This document shows, one piece after another, positions 19,947 to 29,314 of a DNA stretch of 64,000 nucleotides. The stretch's first letter is position 1; each line of letters starts with the position of its first letter. This stretch comes from an uncultured Granulosicoccaceae bacterium (GTDB lineage: Bacteria; Pseudomonadota; Gammaproteobacteria; Granulosicoccales; Granulosicoccaceae). The stretch is from contig CALHOI010000034.1 of assembly GCA_938035525.1 (NCBI GenBank), positions 3,266 to 67,265 of the forward strand. The letters are read 5' to 3'. Under the pieces are notes generated by a model that saw nothing but the letters and a program-made list of their open reading frames with translations, was not told the origin of the DNA and searched no databases. Position numbers and translations under genes: made by a program.

Positions 19947-20441
19947 ATGTCCCGCTACCGACCCCCCACTCCTAAGTCTTCCGCCTACATAAGCCAGGCC
20001 GGTTTTGACAACATGCAAGCCGAACTAAAGGCCATCTGGAAGCGTAGGGCAGACGTGACCGCGGCCTTAAGTGCCGCTGCCGCAGAAGGCGACCGATCAG
20101 AAAATGCCGAGTATATTTATCGTAAAAAAGAACTGGCCGGGCTTGATCGTCGCATTCGGTATTTGCAAAAAAGGCTGCCTGATTTAACCATTGTAGATCG
20201 ACGTGCCGATGATGAGCATGTTTATTTTGGCGCTTGGGTAGAATTGGAAACAGATGAAGGTGATATAAAAAAAGTGCGGCTGGTTGGGGCTGATGAAATT
20301 GACCCTGCCAGCGGGTACATCAGCATCGATTCACCGGTGGCCAGAGCATTGTTAAAGAAAAGGGTGGACGACGATATCAGCGTTGATGTTGGTGGAGAAA
20401 CGATAAACTACGCCGTTGTCTCTATTAACTATGAGACGTGA
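19947..20441 (+). CDS. greB: Transcription elongation factor GreB
   Basis: AAAEGDRSENAEYIYRKK, DRRIRYLQKRL, VYFGAWV, YISIDSPVARALL. Confidence 0.95.
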   Translation: MSRYRPPTPKSSAYISQAGFDNMQAELKAIWKRRADVTAALSAAAAEGDRSENAEYIYRKKELAGLDRRIRYLQKRLPDLTIVDRRADDEHVYFGAWVELETDEGDIKKVRLVGADEIDPASGYISIDSPVARALLKKRVDDDISVDVGGETINYAVVSINYET

Positions 20442-22006
20442 CACCTTGTGTTGCGCATTAACATCAGCAAACTTAACACAAGCAACCACACAGCGTGTAC
20501 TGAGCCTAAAAATCCGCGACTGGTGACTTCGCTTTCATCGCCGTTGATAACCCAGCTAAATTGCATCTCAGTTGTGGCTATATCATCGGTGGCCGTCACA
20601 GTTGCATTGTATTTACCCGCTGCCACAGGCGTGCCTTCTATAAGGCCGCGTCGACTCATAGCAAGTCCGTCCGGTAGGTTTGAAGCTTCGAACGCCACAC
20701 CATCGCCGTCGGCATCGGTTGCGGCGAGTTGCCATACAATTCGGGTTCCAAGCTGATCATGTCGATCATCAATGCTGGTTATTATGGGCGGCGAGTTAGC
20801 ATTCAAGTTGATGCCAGGTGTGTTCTTATGAATGTTAAGAGGCTCGATAGTAAAACCGTCCCAATGTGTGTGCATATGGCGTTGATCTTCGTCCCGAGGC
20901 ACGTGGTGAAAGCTGACGCGATGCCAAAGGACAAGATCGGCGCTCGATAGTGATTCGCCGTTTGCGTATTGCGCCACCGTGTTCAGGCAGTCGGGGTTAA
21001 AACGTGCATTTTGACTGGCGAAGCGTTCGCAGTCGTTAGCCACGGTGACAAAAAAATCAAACTCGGTGTATGGTTCCTGCCCTTTGCGTTCCAGGCGGTG
21101 GCCATAGCGTATAGGCTCAATTCGGTAACCAGAATCAGCGGCACTGGGTGTATTGGTCTTTAAATTGTCCCAGATCTCCCAAGCCACTGGCGTATCCGGA
21201 TTGACCGTGCGGGCCTGCTCTGTGGCAAAACGTTCTATAGTCGTCTCTCTTTGTCCAGTCTCTTTTAAGATAGTGCGAGACTCGGTGACCACATCATCGT
21301 TGGCATTTTCACCCAAATCAAAATCCAGTCGCCAGTAGTAATTGTGTGTGTGCGACAACCATAAGTTTTCATTGCTGCCAGAAAGTAATCGTCCAAAGGG
21401 CAGTTCGGTGTTCTCTGAGCTGCGTTGCAGTGCGCCTGTGGCGCCGACTTCTGGTGAGATAGCGCCGTCAGAGAAAAATTTCCACGTGACGATATAGGCA
21501 TAAGCACCCACTTGCGACACTGAAAACAGTGTCAGGCTCTCGGCGCTGACAGAGCGTGAGGGTGTGCGGTAGTTGTCATTGCCTTGTGATCGCCAATGGC
21601 ACAAGCCAGGACGAGTCTGAATGGTGAGTAGTTCTCCCAAAGGGCAATCGCTTTCATCCAGGCTAATCATGTAGCCCCCACCCAAGCCGTATTGCGTGAT
21701 GTCGTTATAGGTGACATCGCTATCGTCATAGGCCACATGAAGTTGACTCAGACGGGCCGTACTGAGCACGCGTTTAGCGCTACCCCCAGGCGGAGTGTAG
21801 TAAACGTCGCTTAACACCAGGTTTTCGCGAATGCGCGATTCCCAGCACATTTCCCATTTGGCACCGTTAGAAAATGTTTCGCTAATTAAGGCATCTGCGC
21901 TGCAATTTGGCGCACCTAAAGCGATGGAACTGTTTATTAATAAGCAAAGCAGCGCTAGCAGCTTTAAGCCAAACAGTGGCAACAGGTGGGTGCTGGCCTG
22001 CTTCAT
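20429..22006 (-). CDS. Exported copper amine oxidase catalytic-domain-like protein with Ig-like domain and C-terminal membrane anchor
   Basis: Signal peptide; YNDITQYGLG, QVGAYAYIVTW, SHTHNYYWRLDFD and FHHVPRDED motifs; NSPP...ATDADGD...LPDGL Ig-like repeat; GFLGS-hydrophobic-RNTR tail. Confidence 0.75.
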   Translation of the reverse strand: MKQASTHLLPLFGLKLLALLCLLINSSIALGAPNCSADALISETFSNGAKWEMCWESRIRENLVLSDVYYTPPGGSAKRVLSTARLSQLHVAYDDSDVTYNDITQYGLGGGYMISLDESDCPLGELLTIQTRPGLCHWRSQGNDNYRTPSRSVSAESLTLFSVSQVGAYAYIVTWKFFSDGAISPEVGATGALQRSSENTELPFGRLLSGSNENLWLSHTHNYYWRLDFDLGENANDDVVTESRTILKETGQRETTIERFATEQARTVNPDTPVAWEIWDNLKTNTPSAADSGYRIEPIRYGHRLERKGQEPYTEFDFFVTVANDCERFASQNARFNPDCLNTVAQYANGESLSSADLVLWHRVSFHHVPRDEDQRHMHTHWDGFTIEPLNIHKNTPGINLNANSPPIITSIDDRHDQLGTRIVWQLAATDADGDGVAFEASNLPDGLAMSRRGLIEGTPVAAGKYNATVTATDDIATTEMQFSWVINGDESEVTSRGFLGSVHAVWLLVLSLLMLMRNTRCHVS

Positions 22007-23190
22007 TGTGTTGACTCGAAGGGTGAAGTGGGCGTCCAGTCAAAAGGAATGATTTCAAAATCCACCTGCATTGAAGAAACTACCGGGAAGTCCTCCGCTT
22101 TTGGCCTGAAAATGCGGCTCATGCTGTACCAGAGTACCGGCTTTTGATTGGCGATGGATTCGCCATTGACAAAACTATCCAAAGAACCCACACACTGCGT
22201 GTTATTGGTTTGGCTGTTCGAAGTGTGCTTAACCGTAGTGTGTTTCTCGCATTCACTGAACGCGGTTACTGCTAAATCAAATTGCGCCCAATTGTTCTGT
22301 GTGTCAGAGTAGCGAAAGCCACTGTTTTGCGGGTCAAGGTAGTAGCCATGGCCAATATCGGTTAGCACGCGCCAGCCTCTAAACGCATCGGGATTTGTTT
22401 TGCGCAGTGACTCAACTTCCAGCGCAGTGATTTCCATGGGTCGACGATTGTCTAATGACGGTATTAGCTCGAAGTTAAATTCCTCGACTCGGTCATTATC
22501 ACCTTCAGCACTCATGGCAAATACCATGCGCCAGGTGTATAGAACAGAGGCTTGCGTGGCGATTATCTGTGCATTGTTTAAAGGGTCGGTTACCTGATTG
22601 CCATAGGCTGGGTTATCGGTTCGCGCAGTGGACTGTCCCGACAAGGTTACTGAAGGTGCTATGCGCCCATCTTCACTGAGTGCAACGGCGATTTGAAAGC
22701 TCAGTCCCTGGTATTGTGAAACCGAAAACAGTTGGTATTGAGAGCCTTGCAAGCCAGGGCGTAAATTGTATTTTGCCAGCAGCCCGGTGTTTCGAACTGT
22801 GCTACACAAATACGGATCGTTATCACCCAGTGCATGCAAAGTGCCATCACATAAATTTTCGTTTAACACCCTCAGTGCATCACCACCGAGTTTATTTTCA
22901 CCAATAAGAACGTCAGACTGTCTTTGATCGTGATAATGCACCAGCGCCTGGCCCAGGTGTAAATGCGAAAGAACCCGCCGGCTAAAGTCTCCTGGCGCGC
23001 GATAATGAATGTCGCGTAGTTCAAGGCCGTGCTGTTCATCAAGCACGACACAGAATTGCCAATTGGCACCCGAATCAAAACTGGTTTCAAATGCCTCTCC
23101 TACAGCGCAGTCCATTGCCTGTACGCTGCTGCTAGCCCAAAGGGCGATCAGGCTGGATAGCAGCAATAATGTTTGAGTGAACCGATGCAT
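22003..23190 (-). CDS. Exported copper amine oxidase-like paralog lacking catalytic residues
   Basis: Collinear with 20429..22006 (GANWQFC, VHYHD, LFSVSQY, YTWRMVF, WYS..RPKAEDFP) but without the TPQ Tyr motif and His ligands; ATGA overlap with the downstream gene. Confidence 0.6.
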   Translation of the reverse strand: MHRFTQTLLLLSSLIALWASSSVQAMDCAVGEAFETSFDSGANWQFCVVLDEQHGLELRDIHYRAPGDFSRRVLSHLHLGQALVHYHDQRQSDVLIGENKLGGDALRVLNENLCDGTLHALGDNDPYLCSTVRNTGLLAKYNLRPGLQGSQYQLFSVSQYQGLSFQIAVALSEDGRIAPSVTLSGQSTARTDNPAYGNQVTDPLNNAQIIATQASVLYTWRMVFAMSAEGDNDRVEEFNFELIPSLDNRRPMEITALEVESLRKTNPDAFRGWRVLTDIGHGYYLDPQNSGFRYSDTQNNWAQFDLAVTAFSECEKHTTVKHTSNSQTNNTQCVGSLDSFVNGESIANQKPVLWYSMSRIFRPKAEDFPVVSSMQVDFEIIPFDWTPTSPFESTQ

Positions 23191-23199
23191 GCCGATGTG

Positions 23200-23976
23200 C
23201 TATTGACCGTTTTGCAGCGTATTGACGCTGAGCTGTTGTAGATTGACAACCGGTTCGAGCGCAAAGACCGTGCGTGTTTGATCGAACAATGAAATCAGTG
23301 CACAGCGTTGCGAAGTGCATGGGTGAGACTGATTGGCGGGTTCGAATACACTGGCTTTGACATCCAGCAGCGATAGATCATTCATTTGGGGCAAGCCGCG
23401 TTTTTCCAGCGCTGCATTAAGCTGTTGCATTAGCGTGGTGTTTTTTTCTATCAGTGATTTGGCGGTGGCTATTTCTTGCTCATTTAAGGGTAAATGAACC
23501 GACGCTATTGCTTGCTCAGTCAATACAGTTTGTCGCTCAAGGTCAATCAACAACACTCGCGAGTGCTGCGTGTTGTAGTTAAACTGGTAAACTCGTGCCC
23601 GACGAGTGGCTTTGTCTTTTTTTCGTTCATCCAACTCAATGGAAAGCGTCTGAATCTGGAGTGGATGGTTTTTTTGGGGCAGGGCATTGCGCTGTTGTGG
23701 CAAAGATCGCTGTTGTTGCCAGGATTGAGATTGCGCTATGCGAGACGCATCTTCCAGCTCACCGTGAGATAAGCTTGCATACGCGGTAGTGCAAACCAGC
23801 ATTAAGCACACTGGTAAAACGCGAACTGATGACAAGCTGACCGCCGCCACCGAGCGGATTAGCCGAAAGATAGCCAGTGACGGTGTGCAAGCCGCATGGC
23901 AGCTTCCAGCTGAGCCGGTAAGCTGCTGTGAACGAAGTTCAGGCTGACGCGCCAGGTGTGTGCTAAAAAGCCTCAT
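23200..23976 (-). CDS. Exported hypothetical protein resembling copper amine oxidase N2/N3 domains (start uncertain)
   Basis: RRARVYQFNY...LIDLERQTV...VHLPLNEQEIATA pattern; hydrophobic stretch ending AYA. Start could be 24081, 23976 or 23802. Confidence 0.5.
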   Translation of the reverse strand: MRLFSTHLARQPELRSQQLTGSAGSCHAACTPSLAIFRLIRSVAAVSLSSVRVLPVCLMLVCTTAYASLSHGELEDASRIAQSQSWQQQRSLPQQRNALPQKNHPLQIQTLSIELDERKKDKATRRARVYQFNYNTQHSRVLLIDLERQTVLTEQAIASVHLPLNEQEIATAKSLIEKNTTLMQQLNAALEKRGLPQMNDLSLLDVKASVFEPANQSHPCTSQRCALISLFDQTRTVFALEPVVNLQQLSVNTLQNGQ

Positions 23977-24238
23977 AATTGGCGTTTTTGCTATGACTAA
24001 AACTGATCGAATCAACACTATAGAACGACAGAGTCGAATTTGCCCATTACACCTGTCGCAACTTTTCTGAAAACTTGGCATGGCAAACTAGCAGGCAATT
24101 ATCTTGTCAAAAGACCCGCTAAACACAGTGCAGCCTTCGGAAGGCGCGGCAGGCTTTACGGCGCGTATACAGCCTTTATCGGCAGCGCCGAATGGCTTAG
24201 AAGCCGAGCAGGGCCTGCGCAGCACGTTCGATAGGGAC

Positions 24239-24889
24239 ATGTTTGACGAAAAAGAGCAGTGCATCACGTATTTTGGCTATGGTTCGCTGGTTAACAGGGC
24301 TACTAGAGCCTCAAATGAGCGCGCGTATCCCGCCAGGTTGTACGGCTGGCAACGAGTGTGGGGCCATCGCGTATCGGCCACATCTCACCATGGTGAGACC
24401 ACAAATTATCGGTGTTGTTCCTTGAGTATTCAAAAGCAACTCAACGATCCGGGCGCTACCCCTGCCCGACAGGAACCTAATTACATTGACGGCGTCATTG
24501 CCCGTGTCAGGCTCTCTGAGCTGCCAATGCTCGATGAGCGCGAATCTGGCTATGACCGTGTTATCTTGCCAGCAAGCGACTTAACACTGCCCGAATCGTG
24601 TAGCGCCAGTGAAATTCACGTGTATGTGTCAGATGCAGCACATTCAGGGCCGGCCAATGGCGATTACCCGATACTGCAAAGCTACATCGATTGCGTGCTG
24701 GCGGGCTATTGTGATTTATTTGGGCGTACTGGAATGCAACACTTTGTGGACAGTACGCTTGGCTGGCAGGGCACCATACTAAACGATCGTGACCGTCCTC
24801 TTTATCCTCGTGCCGTGCAATTATCGTCAAATCAGTTGACAGAAAACGATGCATTGGTGAATACCAAGCGTGCTGCAAATGATCCTTGA
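24239..24889 (+). CDS. Gamma-glutamylcyclotransferase-like (GGCT/ChaC/AIG2) protein
   Basis: YFGYGSLVN and LDERESGY motifs; probable ATG at 24239. Confidence 0.8.
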   Translation: MFDEKEQCITYFGYGSLVNRATRASNERAYPARLYGWQRVWGHRVSATSHHGETTNYRCCSLSIQKQLNDPGATPARQEPNYIDGVIARVRLSELPMLDERESGYDRVILPASDLTLPESCSASEIHVYVSDAAHSGPANGDYPILQSYIDCVLAGYCDLFGRTGMQHFVDSTLGWQGTILNDRDRPLYPRAVQLSSNQLTENDALVNTKRAANDP

Positions 24890-24963
24890 TTTCTATCAGC
24901 GAATGTGCGCTCACGGCGCAGTCTTGCGTGACACAATTTTATGCTCAATGGAGAAAAACAAGC

Positions 24964-25695
24964 ATGGCTCTTGATATAGCCAAGTACGTAACACAAGACG
25001 GCCAAAAAATGAGTTTTAGTCAACTGCAAGCCAATCATTTTGCCAAAGGTGTGGCAGGTGACTTCAATCCCATTCACGATATTGGTGCCAAACGCTTTTG
25101 CGTGCCAGGCGATTTATTATTTGCAGCGCTGTTGAATCGATACGGTGTATACACCCAATTGCATGTGGACCTGATGGCTTTGCTAAACGCGGACGTCTCG
25201 GTTCAACTGCCTGAGCGCCTTGATGCATCGCAAGACATTCTCGACGAAAGCGACAAACACCTGCTAACCATCAGCGTTTCCGGTGACTCCACCAGCGAAC
25301 CAGGATTTGTTACGTCCCTGGTTGAACAATACGTCAAATTTTCAGGAAAAACCTTCCCCGATATTTTGGTTGAGCTGATGCGCGATAAGCAAGTGATGAT
25401 CAACCCGGCCAGACCACTGGTCATTTACAAAGATATGTCCTTGCAGCTGGATCGGTTATCGGGTGACAATTTGAGTCTGGAACTAGACAACGCCACGCTG
25501 GATGTTGACGGTAAAAAAGGCAAAGCCTGCTTGCGTTTTATTATTAAAGACGGTAACAGTGTTATTGGACGCGGTGAAAAAAATATGCTGCTCAGTGGTC
25601 TGCGCGAATTTGACGAGCAAGCCATGAGCGATATTGTTGCGCAGTATACGCAATGGAAACAAGCCTACCAGGCCATTGATTTATCGAGCGCATAA
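24964..25695 (+). CDS. DUF3581-like conserved protein
   Basis: FAKGVAGDFNPIHD...FCVPGDLLF, FSGKTFP, MINPARPLVIY; probable ATG at 24964. Confidence 0.75.
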   Translation: MALDIAKYVTQDGQKMSFSQLQANHFAKGVAGDFNPIHDIGAKRFCVPGDLLFAALLNRYGVYTQLHVDLMALLNADVSVQLPERLDASQDILDESDKHLLTISVSGDSTSEPGFVTSLVEQYVKFSGKTFPDILVELMRDKQVMINPARPLVIYKDMSLQLDRLSGDNLSLELDNATLDVDGKKGKACLRFIIKDGNSVIGRGEKNMLLSGLREFDEQAMSDIVAQYTQWKQAYQAIDLSSA

Positions 25696-25830
25696 CGACG
25701 CGCCAGCTACGTGCCAGGGAACACGGTATAACAACCGTGCTCGCCAGGTTCTGCTATTTTCATACATTAGATTAACCGTCATGCGCAAGGCTGCGCATTC
25801 AATTCATCAGTATTATTAAGAGGTTGTTAT

Positions 25831-27654
25831 ATGAAACACACGGACGCGTTAGACATACTACAAACCATTTACGGCTATGAGAGCTTTAGGCCTCAGCAAG
25901 CCAGAATTATTGACTCTGTTATCAGCGGTAACGATGCCCTCGTATTGATGCCCACCGGTGGTGGGAAATCGCTTTGTTATCAAGTACCGGCGCTGGCCAG
26001 AGACGGCACCGGTATCGTTGTATCTCCACTGATTGCACTTATGCAAGACCAGGTCGATGCACTAAAAGCGCTGAACCTGAATGCCGCTTTTATCAATTCC
26101 TCCATGAGCTCGGCGGCCGTTAGGGACACCGAAGAGGCCATGCGCTGCGGCGATATCGACCTTTTGTATGTTGCACCGGAAAGGCTTCTTATGCCGTCAA
26201 CATTGAATCTACTCGACGATTGCACCATTGCCTTGTTTGCGATTGATGAAGCACATTGTGTATCACAGTGGGGACACGATTTTCGTAAGGAGTACATGGG
26301 GTTAAACGTGTTGCACGAACGTTACCCGGATGTACCGCGAATAGCCTTAACCGCGACAGCCGATCAGCGCACCCGTGAAGAAATCGTCAATAATCTGAGT
26401 CTTGATAACGCCGGCCAATTTATCAGCAGTTTTGATCGCCCCAATATTCGCTACGCCATTAGTGACGCTGGTAATGCGCGAGATTCTTTGCTGCGCTTCC
26501 TGGATGATAATCACCAGGGAGATGCGGGTATTGTTTATTGTCTTTCACGAAAAAAAGTGGAGGAAACAGCCGCCTGGTTATGCAAGCAAGGTAGAACGGC
26601 GTTGCCTTACCACGCGGGCCTGGATGCAGCAACCCGAGAGCTTCACCAGAGTCGTTTTTTGCGTGAAGAGGGCGTTGTTGTGGTTGCGACTATTGCCTTT
26701 GGTATGGGCATTGATAAACCGGACGTCAGGTTTGTTGCGCATTTAAACCTACCTAAAAGCGTTGAGGCTTATTATCAGGAAACCGGGCGCGCAGGGCGTG
26801 ACGGACAACCGGCTAACGCCTGGATGTCCTACGGCTTACAGGACGTGATCAACCTGCGCGCCATGATGGGCGACTCGGACGCCGACGAGCAACACAAACG
26901 TGTCGAGCATCAGAAGCTCGAAGCCATGCTGGGTTTGGCAGAGTTAAGTACCTGCCGTCGTCAGGCTCTGCTGGCCTATTTTGATGACGAATTGCCTAAA
27001 CCGTGTGGCAACTGCGATAACTGCCTGCACCCGCCAACCACCTGGGATGCTACAGAAGCTGCGCAAAAAGCGTTGTCCTGTGTGTACAGAACGGGACAAC
27101 GATTTGGGGTTAATTATTTAATTGATGTGTTGCTTGGTAAGCCAACTGAGCGCGTCCTGAGTTTTGGCCACGATAAACAAAGTACGTTTGGCATTGGAAC
27201 TGATCGTAATGCCACCCAGTGGCGAACGCTGTATCGACAGCTCATTGCCAAAGGTTTACTCAGCGTCGACGTTGGTGGACATGGGTCAGTTATGCTAACC
27301 GAGCAGTCGCGACCGATATTACGCGGTGAGCGCACGCTGCAATTGCGGCACATAAAGTCCGCTGGTGCGGGTGGGGCAAAGCCCAGGCGTCATCAGGCCG
27401 TTGATCAAATTGCACCGGAAGACCGCGGCTTGTGGGAAAAGCTGCGAACACTGCGAACGTCTCTTGCTGAAGGTAAGCCTGCCTACATTGTGTTCAGTGA
27501 CAGTTCGCTTATTGATATGCTGGATCAAAAACCCACTTCACACGAACAAATGTCAGCCGTATCGGGCGTCGGTAAGCACAAGCTGGAGAAATACGGCGAT
27601 GCCTTTATCGAAGTGATACGCGAGCACGATATGTTTTCTGATATGGATGCCTAG
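25831..27654 (+). CDS. recQ: ATP-dependent DNA helicase RecQ
   Basis: [39 protein letters not shown] Zn site, RQC and HRDC domains. Confidence 0.97.
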   Translation: MKHTDALDILQTIYGYESFRPQQARIIDSVISGNDALVLMPTGGGKSLCYQVPALARDGTGIVVSPLIALMQDQVDALKALNLNAAFINSSMSSAAVRDTEEAMRCGDIDLLYVAPERLLMPSTLNLLDDCTIALFAIDEAHCVSQWGHDFRKEYMGLNVLHERYPDVPRIALTATADQRTREEIVNNLSLDNAGQFISSFDRPNIRYAISDAGNARDSLLRFLDDNHQGDAGIVYCLSRKKVEETAAWLCKQGRTALPYHAGLDAATRELHQSRFLREEGVVVVATIAFGMGIDKPDVRFVAHLNLPKSVEAYYQETGRAGRDGQPANAWMSYGLQDVINLRAMMGDSDADEQHKRVEHQKLEAMLGLAELSTCRRQALLAYFDDELPKPCGNCDNCLHPPTTWDATEAAQKALSCVYRTGQRFGVNYLIDVLLGKPTERVLSFGHDKQSTFGIGTDRNATQWRTLYRQLIAKGLLSVDVGGHGSVMLTEQSRPILRGERTLQLRHIKSAGAGGAKPRRHQAVDQIAPEDRGLWEKLRTLRTSLAEGKPAYIVFSDSSLIDMLDQKPTSHEQMSAVSGVGKHKLEKYGDAFIEVIREHDMFSDMDA

Positions 27655-27675
27655 CGCGAACGGTGAGCGAACGTG

Positions 27676-27966
27676 TCAGTGCAGCGTATCGGTGTCTTGC
27701 TGTTTGGAATAGCGCACCTCGCGCTCTAACAAGGTTCCACCTGGCGTATAGCGTTCCCAACCCAGTTGAGCGCGATAAGGTGGGTATCTGGTTTGATTGG
27801 ACCAGCTGCGATAACGGGCAATCACGTCGCCTGCCTGGTTTTTTTCAACATACCAGCAAGTGGTATAAAAACCCTGTGGGCGTTCCACTTGCTCGCGATT
27901 CTGTTGTTTCAGCGTGTGGGCAGGGTCAACGTCGAATCGAACAATTATGTCTTCAAGAGTTTGCAT
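27676..27966 (-). CDS. Small hypothetical protein
   Basis: Fills the gap after the acyltransferase on the same strand; probable start MQTLEDII; no recognisable motif. Confidence 0.55.
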   Translation of the reverse strand: MQTLEDIIVRFDVDPAHTLKQQNREQVERPQGFYTTCWYVEKNQAGDVIARYRSWSNQTRYPPYRAQLGWERYTPGGTLLEREVRYSKQQDTDTLH

Positions 27967-27985
27967 GGCAACGATATCGCTATCG

Positions 27986-29023
27986 TTAAGCCTCTCTGTG
28001 CTTGACCGACTTGAACATGCACAGCCGTTCCTGGCGTAACAACCAGTTATCGATAAACTGGTGTATGGGTACACTGACGATCAGGCTGACGAGCATTGAA
28101 ATAATCACAAACAGCAGAGCGGCCATTTGTCCATCGCCCAGAATCGGGGGGAGTACAGCGCGTAACACACCTAAAACAAAGATGTGACTCAGATACAAGG
28201 CGTAGCTGGCGTCACCGAGCAGCACCCACAGTTTGTTTACTGGCAAGACAATGTACAACGTGCCTGCAACCACCATGGTTGCTGGAACGCCGTTAACCAG
28301 TATGCCGGGCAAATTAAACGACGGCGAGTTCAGACCCCAGAACTGTGAGTGTATAAACAGCAGGAAGAACCCAACCGCAATAAGCAGCCAGCCGGCAACA
28401 GGCGGTAATTTGAATCCACGTTTAAACGAGTAGGCCAGCAGCATGCCCAGAATAAATTCAAACACCGTGTTATCTGAAAAGAAATGCTGAATCGGTCCGG
28501 TGCTGTCAATTTGCAGCGCAACAAGAAAGACCACGGTAATAATGGTGCTGATGATCGGTAGTCGCCATTGAGGCTTTGCAAACATGGATAGCGCAAACAG
28601 TGAGTAGAAATACATTTCGAAGTTTAGCGACCAGCCTGGCGGGACAATTGGCCAAGTGCGGTCTGGGTGCGCTGCGCTCCAATGGGGTATGAAAAACAGA
28701 CTTCTCAGTGTGCTGTCGACGGTTAATTGCGCTTTGTTAAAAACCGACGGCATTACCAGAAAGATAAGCACCATTAAAATCGTGAAGAACCAGTACAGCG
28801 GTACCACGCGTCGTATTCGGCTGGCAATAAAATCGCCGGGCTTTTGATCTGGTTTGGCGATATACAGCATAATAAAGCCGGACAGCACAAAGAAAATATC
28901 CACGCCAAATGCGCCAAACTCGATCAGGCGTGCCTCGTAAGCGGGCACTTGAATACATGCATGGCTAAAAACAACCAATAAGGCAGCGACAGCGCGTAAA
29001 TATTGCAGTGCATGCAGTCTCAT
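27986..29023 (-). CDS. Acyltransferase-3 family (ExoZ-like) polysaccharide O-acyltransferase
   Basis: LQYLRAVAALLVVFSH, GVDIFFVLSGF, RIRRVVPLYW, GWSLNFEMYFY, LGDASYALYLSH. Confidence 0.9.
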   Translation of the reverse strand: MRLHALQYLRAVAALLVVFSHACIQVPAYEARLIEFGAFGVDIFFVLSGFIMLYIAKPDQKPGDFIASRIRRVVPLYWFFTILMVLIFLVMPSVFNKAQLTVDSTLRSLFFIPHWSAAHPDRTWPIVPPGWSLNFEMYFYSLFALSMFAKPQWRLPIISTIITVVFLVALQIDSTGPIQHFFSDNTVFEFILGMLLAYSFKRGFKLPPVAGWLLIAVGFFLLFIHSQFWGLNSPSFNLPGILVNGVPATMVVAGTLYIVLPVNKLWVLLGDASYALYLSHIFVLGVLRAVLPPILGDGQMAALLFVIISMLVSLIVSVPIHQFIDNWLLRQERLCMFKSVKHREA

Positions 29024-29314
29024 GAGAATTCTTGTATTGCCATTGTTATGTCTGTACTTAAAAAATACAGGTTAGCTGTTATAGCACTTGTCCAAGGGGG
29101 AAACCGTGAACATTATTGACCGGTCACATCGATAGTACGCGCTAGTCACAACCCTATGTGAGTTATCGGGCGGTATAGCCAGAAACTCAAGCCCGTTTTT
29201 GCGCATTTGCTTCACGGATGTGCGATAGGCTGTGGACCGAGCGTTGCGTATCTACTATCTTTTTCAACCTTTTTTAGATGTGTTCCTCAATTTGAGTGAG
29301 GAGTCGCCCACAGC

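Noticed and set aside
17401-24081. Single copper-linked system joining the ethylene-type sensor and the amine oxidase-like genes
   Set aside because: Both probably use Cu and they are neighbours, but they are convergent, separated by greB and share no visible motif; proximity alone is not enough.
25831-27654. Helicase as part of an anti-phage defence system
   Set aside because: Canonical RecQ architecture with no nuclease, methylase or effector neighbours.
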